A stretch of DNA of 64,000 nt from Pseudomonadota bacterium (lineage in GTDB: Archaea; Thermoplasmatota; SW-10-69-26; JACQPN01; JAJPHT01). Under the pieces are notes generated by a model. It was given only the letters and a program-made list of their open reading frames with translations, was not told the origin of the DNA and did not search any database. The DNA is taken from NCBI GenBank assembly GCA_021325135.1, contig JAJPHT010000007.1:1-64000 (forward strand). The letters run 5' to 3'. Made by a program: the position numbers and the translations under genes. Below, in pieces: positions 59,024 through 64,000 of the stretch. Every line of letters begins with the position of its first letter. Positions within the stretch are counted from its first letter, which is position 1.

Positions 59024-59367
59024 TGTCCGCGTCCGAGGGAGGTGCCAACGCGCTTCGCGCCGGTCGCCAGATCGTGACGCGCAGGGCCTTCAGCGCGTGC
59101 AGGGCCGGGCGTGCGGTCGTGCAGATCGAGGCGAGGAGCGCGCGGGTGAGGGCCGCGGCGCTCTGGAGCGTGACGGTGAACTCCTCACGGGCGAGCCAGA
59201 TGGCGAGCATCGCTCGCAAGGTCGCTGGCGAGGCCATGAAGGCGACGTGGCGTCGTTGCGTGGGCGCGCGTGGAGCTGGGCGCCGTCACGGTGACGGAAC
59301 TCGGGGTGCGCGTGGTTGGCCTCGTTGTTCCGAGTCGTTGAAAAAATTCTGAGTTGAAATTCGAGTT

Positions 59368-59580
59368 GCAGGAAGGGCAGGGCACGATCCCCTTGGCCTG
59401 GTGATCTTGCGGGCAGGGGCGCCTCCTCGGGCCTTCCGATTGTTCTTCAGAATACACTACTGGCCTTCGTAAACTACGGCGTAGTGTATTCCGGGAACAA
59501 CCGGGTCCCGAGGGCTCCTCCCCGCCGATCCCCGCCAAGGATTTTCCTTGCCTGCTCAAAAGAGGTCAAGATAGGCGGCT
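59368..59580 (+). repeat. Rod-hairpin unit 3 plus GTCAAG motif
   Basis: Stems gcagg/cctgc, ccttggc/gccaagg, cctcggg/cccgagg, ttgttc/gaacaa, gaatacactac/gtagtgtattc; motif at 59565. Confidence 0.75.
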
Positions 59581-59732
59581 TTTGAGAGCGGGCGACCCGT
59601 CGAGGCGAGGGCGGCGCGCTCTGCACACTGGAGGCCGCGCAGGGGGCCCACCGGCAACAGGCCCAAGAAGACGGGAAGGGCGGAGCCGAGGGCGAGGAGG
59701 AGTCGGAGCGCGGGCGCCTGGTGAACGTCCAT
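59556..59732 (-). CDS. 58-aa hydrophobic ORF between hairpin units 3 and 4
   Basis: MDVHQAPALRLLLALGSALPVFLGLLPVG...; stop falls between the motif and hairpin 3. Confidence 0.35.
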   Translation of the reverse strand: MDVHQAPALRLLLALGSALPVFLGLLPVGPLRGLQCAERAALASTGRPLSKAAYLDLF

Positions 59733-59846
59733 GCGCCCGAGGTAGGCCGTGGTCCAATGTCAAGGGTTTCGGTGAACCATTCCACCCGACCATGCCCCGG
59801 AGCCATGTCCGGGAGCATGGTCAAGGAGGGCGCGTCAGGGAGGCCC

Positions 59847-60000
59847 GAGGCCAGCGCTTCCACGCACGGTCCGCCGGGGACACCGAAGTGGCACATTCCA
59901 TAGGCATTCCCTTTGGGAAGGGGAATGCCTCTGGAGGCGCTTCGTCTGTCCCGGCGGTGCGTGGGCGATTGGCGCCTCTTTCCAAGTCAAGATGTGGGCC
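59847..60000 (+). repeat. Rod-hairpin unit 4 plus GTCAAG motif
   Basis: Stems gaggc/gcctc, ccacgcac/gtgcgtgg, cgaagtg/cgcttcg, aggcattccc/gggaatgcct; motif at 59986. Confidence 0.75.
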
Positions 60001-60105
60001 GGAACTTCGGCGCGTGCCAAGCGCCCACGCAAGGCCAAGCGAAGAGGAGCCACCGGGTGGGGGGTGGGAATGCCCCTTTGATATCTGCCTGGGTGTCGTG
60101 GGTGG

Positions 60106-61320
60106 CTACGTGGGGGCAACGTCCAAGAAAGTCGGGCGCTGGTCGCGGTGGTCGGCGGTGGCGAGGACGAGGGCTTGCACCGCTTCGCGCAACACGGCGT
60201 CCCTGGCGTGCTCGCCGTTGAACTTGGTGAGCCAGGGGCCGGCGTAGGCGGCGTCGGCGGCCTCTTGGGCGGTGAGATTCCCCGCGGTCGCCCGGACCCA
60301 TGCCTGCTCGATGACGCTATCGGGGGTGGGGGTGTAGTTGGCGAGGTATCCCTTGTGGATTTCCAGGACGACGGCCCGGGTGGAGTTGGCGCGGAAGGCG
60401 GCCTCCAGCGCGCCTTCCGTCCAGCCCCGGTCGAGGGTTTGGTTGATGACGTAGGGGAAGAAGTTGTGCGCGAGTCCGTAGAAGAAGGAGTCGTCGGCGC
60501 CTCCGCGCTCGTATGTCACGGTCTGGGAGTCCGCGCGGACGTGCTCGATGTAGGCCAGCCCGGCGGGTCCCACCGTGATGACCTGCGAGGTCTGATTTGC
60601 CGCGGCGTCCTCGGCGGCGCGCGCCTCGGAGAGCCAGAAATCCGCCGTGGTGAGCCGGCGATCGGCGCGGCCAAGGGCGGTACCATCCGTGGCGTATGAC
60701 TTCCCGTCGTCGTTTGGGTACGGCTCGGGGCCCGGCTTGGCGCTGGAGATTTGCGCGGGCCAGTCCACGTCCAGGACCGCTCGGGCCTCTTCGGCAGCCA
60801 ATTCCGCCAAAGCTAGGGCGTTGATTGCCTGCACGCTATGAGCCTTCGGTCGAAATGCCGTGATGTTCGCCTCCATGGCGGCCGTCGCGTTGCGCACCTC
60901 GCCGGGAGCGTTCTTCCATGTCTGAATTTGAGTCTCGCGGTCGGGGGATGCGAACCCACGCGAGAGGGCGAATGCATCTTCGTAGGCAAGTTCCGTGTCG
61001 TCGATGGCGAGTGTGATATTGTGGTCTTGGGCGTAGAACTTGGCAAACGTTGTCCCTGCGTAATCCCGAGTCCAAGCAGCAGTTTCGCCGCTAACATTCA
61101 TCGCCGATGCGTTGAGACGGTCGGTCGCCGTGACCTCCCAGTCGAACTGACGCTCCAGGAACGGGGAGGTCGCGTCGACGGTGTGCAAGGGAGACAGAGG
61201 CGTCGGGGCGGAGAACGTGGGAGTTGCCGGCCCACCCAGATGCCCTGTTTCCAAGATGAGCACGATGGCCAAGAGAATCCCGAGGAGGCCGAGAGCTTCG
61301 GGAGGTACACGTCGACGCAT
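60106..61320 (-). CDS. Membrane-anchored extracellular helical protein
   Basis: N-terminal TM, N-glycosylation sequons; directly follows 61330-63633. Confidence 0.7.
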   Translation of the reverse strand: MRRRVPPEALGLLGILLAIVLILETGHLGGPATPTFSAPTPLSPLHTVDATSPFLERQFDWEVTATDRLNASAMNVSGETAAWTRDYAGTTFAKFYAQDHNITLAIDDTELAYEDAFALSRGFASPDRETQIQTWKNAPGEVRNATAAMEANITAFRPKAHSVQAINALALAELAAEEARAVLDVDWPAQISSAKPGPEPYPNDDGKSYATDGTALGRADRRLTTADFWLSEARAAEDAAANQTSQVITVGPAGLAYIEHVRADSQTVTYERGGADDSFFYGLAHNFFPYVINQTLDRGWTEGALEAAFRANSTRAVVLEIHKGYLANYTPTPDSVIEQAWVRATAGNLTAQEAADAAYAGPWLTKFNGEHARDAVLREAVQALVLATADHRDQRPTFLDVAPT

Positions 61321-61329
61321 GCTAACCTC

Positions 61330-63633
61330 CTAGCCGTGCCTGATTTCGAGGGTCTTGGCGAGGTCGATCCAGTTCCACCACTCGTCGGTCACGGCATAGA
61401 GCCCGTTGAAGTTTTGCTCGATCGAGTGCAGGGCCTTGACCCCTCCGTGGAAGGTGCTTTGGCTCGTGCATGAGCCGCCGGTTCCGGGGATGGCGGCGCA
61501 TCCCCATTGGACGTTGAGGTCCATGCCCTCGTCGTGGCCGTAGATGTCCGTCTTTTGGAAGTAGACGTAATCCTGAGCCTGCGGGGACGTGCTGACGTCG
61601 TTCTGGACGACGTAGTCGGAGCATGCCGTTCCTTGGCAGGAGAAGAGTTGGGCCACGGCGGGGAGCCACTGGCCGTCCGGCACGAGCGCCAGGAAGTTGA
61701 TCAGGTCCTGAATGGAGGGCCCGATTGCGGGAGCTTGCGATGCGCTCGCGCCGTCCCGGCTGAAGTCCGCGATCCCGTTGGGCGTCGTCTTCCAGAACTG
61801 GCTGCTCTGGGTGATGTCTCCCCGGATGATGCCAATCTCCGGGTTCTGGGTCCGGTAACACATGACCTGGACCCAACTGGAGTCGAGCGGATGGCACATC
61901 GAGACGCCCGACGACCAGGCGTTGTTGCTAGACACGCCGTGGCCGGTCGTCATGGTGTACGTCTGCTGGTTCCCAGTGAGGGCGTTCTTGCCATAGAACT
62001 CGTAGTCGAAGCTCCACGCGGCGGGCTGGTCGATCGAGCGGTGTCCCGCGCAGTCGACCACGCCGCGGTCCACGCGCGAGAACTTGAAGAGGCCCCGGTC
62101 GTAGGCCTGGAAGTCGGAGACGGTCCGCGTGTTGTTGTCGCCGCCGTCCGTGTACGAAACCGGCGAGGGCGAGTTGCTACCGCAGGGAATCCAGTTGCGC
62201 GTGAAGCAGGCCTTCACCGTGCCAGGCAGCGGGTCGCCGAAGGCGCTCGTGGTGCAGGAAATGCTGCCGGAGACGCCGTCGCGCCAGTAGAACCGTCCGT
62301 TCGCGCCGAAGGCCACGTCTCTCGTGCCGCTGAAGCTGCACGTCCCGCTCTCGTTGGCGCAGAAGGCGTACCCCATGGGACCCGTGGGCAGGGCGCTGGT
62401 CTTGGTGAAACACGCCTTCACGATCCCGTAGAGCGGGTCGCCGAAGAGGTCGTTGTTGCAGTCGATCCCCAGGTTGACGCCGTTGAGGTAGGTGAACGTC
62501 CCTTGCGCTCCGTAGGCAACGTCGCTCTTGCCCGAATAGCTGCAACGGTTGTTCTCCGAGGCGCAGTAGGAGTACCCGGGGGGACCTGCAATGCGCGTGT
62601 AACACGCCTTGCCGACCCCGTAGAGGGGATCGCCGAAGACTGTGTTCGTGCAGTCGGTCCCGCCCGAGAGCGTGAGGCTGTTGAACGTCCCGTCGGCGCC
62701 ATACTTCACGTCCGCGGGCCCCGTGAAGGTGCAGTGCTGGGGCTCGGGCACGCAGTAGGTGAAGCCCGCGGGCTCCCCGCTTCCGTCGGTGGCCTTCGTG
62801 TAACAGGCGTTGGTCGTCCCGGAGTTGGGATCGCCGAACACGTCGTTGCGGCAGCTTACGAAGTGGTCCACGCTGTGCTTGTAGAGGAAAGACGAGCCGG
62901 CGCCGTAGGCCACGTCCTTGAGGCCCGTGAACGTGCAGTCCGCGCCCTGGTCCGCGCAGTATGTGTAGCCGCTGGGCCCCGTGGGCGTCATGGGCGACGC
63001 GGTGGTGCGGTTCGTCCCGTTCCCAGCCGCGTCGTTGACCACGATGGTGTCGTTCTGCGGGGCTCGGCTCGTCGCGGCCACCGAGGAGAGCACCGCGGCC
63101 CCGAGCCCGGTTCCTGCGGCGGACGGTGCGAGCGCCGCAGGAGGGGCCAGGTCAAGGGGCGTGATGGGGAACTCGGCGACCGTGGCGCCGCTGAGCGGGT
63201 CGACAAGCTGCCAGAGCCCGGCCTGGTCGGGAATGACGTGCCAGAAGAGGTAGTAGTGGTCCGGCGCGTTCGACGCCCGCGTGTCGGTGAACTCGACGCC
63301 CGTCCTGCCCACGATTTGTCCGAGAGGGTTCACGAGTTGGAGGCTCTGGCGGGCGGGCGCCCCGTAGACGGCGAAGCTCTGCGCCTCCGAGAGAGAGTAG
63401 CCCACGAACTGAGGGCGTTCGCCGCCGAGGATCATGGTGGCGATGTGCCCCGAGTAGTGAAGCCCATCCGGCGCGTCGGGCGCGGCGTCTCGCGCGGGCG
63501 CCCCTGAGGCGCCCGTGGCGGGCGCGGGCTCCGCCGCGAGGGCCAGCGTCGGGGCCAGGAGGAGAAGGACGCTGACGAGCGCCAGACGGGTCGTTCGCGG
63601 GCGTGTGCTGGATCGCGTAGTTGGCTCTTGCAT
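61330..63633 (-). CDS. Secreted protein with four Cys-rich ~62-aa lectin-like repeats
   Basis: Signal peptide; 4x P.G[YF].[YF]C......C.[FY].G..DV.[YF]GA...C....FGDP..G...AC[YF]T. Confidence 0.8.
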   Translation of the reverse strand: MQEPTTRSSTRPRTTRLALVSVLLLLAPTLALAAEPAPATGASGAPARDAAPDAPDGLHYSGHIATMILGGERPQFVGYSLSEAQSFAVYGAPARQSLQLVNPLGQIVGRTGVEFTDTRASNAPDHYYLFWHVIPDQAGLWQLVDPLSGATVAEFPITPLDLAPPAALAPSAAGTGLGAAVLSSVAATSRAPQNDTIVVNDAAGNGTNRTTASPMTPTGPSGYTYCADQGADCTFTGLKDVAYGAGSSFLYKHSVDHFVSCRNDVFGDPNSGTTNACYTKATDGSGEPAGFTYCVPEPQHCTFTGPADVKYGADGTFNSLTLSGGTDCTNTVFGDPLYGVGKACYTRIAGPPGYSYCASENNRCSYSGKSDVAYGAQGTFTYLNGVNLGIDCNNDLFGDPLYGIVKACFTKTSALPTGPMGYAFCANESGTCSFSGTRDVAFGANGRFYWRDGVSGSISCTTSAFGDPLPGTVKACFTRNWIPCGSNSPSPVSYTDGGDNNTRTVSDFQAYDRGLFKFSRVDRGVVDCAGHRSIDQPAAWSFDYEFYGKNALTGNQQTYTMTTGHGVSSNNAWSSGVSMCHPLDSSWVQVMCYRTQNPEIGIIRGDITQSSQFWKTTPNGIADFSRDGASASQAPAIGPSIQDLINFLALVPDGQWLPAVAQLFSCQGTACSDYVVQNDVSTSPQAQDYVYFQKTDIYGHDEGMDLNVQWGCAAIPGTGGSCTSQSTFHGGVKALHSIEQNFNGLYAVTDEWWNWIDLAKTLEIRHG

Positions 63634-64000
63634 GGTGTTCGCCTCGGTGGTGAAGGCGAGTCCGCACAAACGCCCCATTGCGCGACTCCCCCAATCTCAT
63701 AACAGAATGGGGGAGAGAAAGGTTCCGGAGAATTGTTGTGAAACCCCTGTGAAGTTGCGCGGCAATGGTTAGCATGCCGCAGGCGAGTTTGGGGCGTGGC
63801 CGAGGCGAACTTGAGGCTTCCCCTCGGCGTTGTTTCCCCCTCGCTGGGGCGGCATGAATTCGCGCGGCCCGGGAGAAGGCCGCGGGGATGGCGCGGTGGC
63901 CCCTAGGTGCGGCTGGCTCCTCAGGGCCTGCGGGTGGGGCACCTCCAGGGTGTTAGGAGGTCCGTCAAGATGGGGCCTCTGTGAGGGTGAGGTTGCCTTG

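Larger units (their letters stand above)
54400..64000. mobile_element. Probable integrated element (right end beyond the window)
   Basis: Integrase module, orphan small ORFs, less biased codon usage, long non-coding tracts; att sites not identified. Confidence 0.7.

Noticed and set aside
58667-60000. CRISPR array or classical attC array
   Set aside because: Units are long, diverged and irregularly spaced; no cas genes; no RYYYAAC/GTTRRRY ends and the integrase is not IntI-like

Overview
High-GC archaeal chromosome segment. PolD DP1 and DP2, CDC48, short XPF/ERCC4, HflX and a single PRC-barrel protein identify it as archaeal; the gene repertoire suggests Thermoplasmatota (inference). Positions 1-54.4 kb hold housekeeping genes mixed with many secreted or membrane proteins, two type II toxin-antitoxin pairs, an ABC exporter, a type III PKS plus ICMT-type methyltransferase pair, and several tiny secreted Cys-stapled peptides. 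From about 54.4 kb to the window end lies a probable integrated element: an RHH/coiled-coil gene coupled to an atypical 'RGD-type' tyrosine recombinase, small orphan ORFs, and cargo surface proteins. The most striking unexplained signal is in this element: four long, co-varying rod-like hairpins (58.67-60.0 kb, with a possible fifth at 63.9 kb), each followed 7-9 nt later by a conserved GTCAAG(G)AT-N2-4-GGC motif and interleaved with minus-strand ORFs. This could be an integron-like cassette array or a structured-RNA array. No rRNA, tRNA or CRISPR array was recognised. All calls were made by eye; several start codons were moved from the ORF track.
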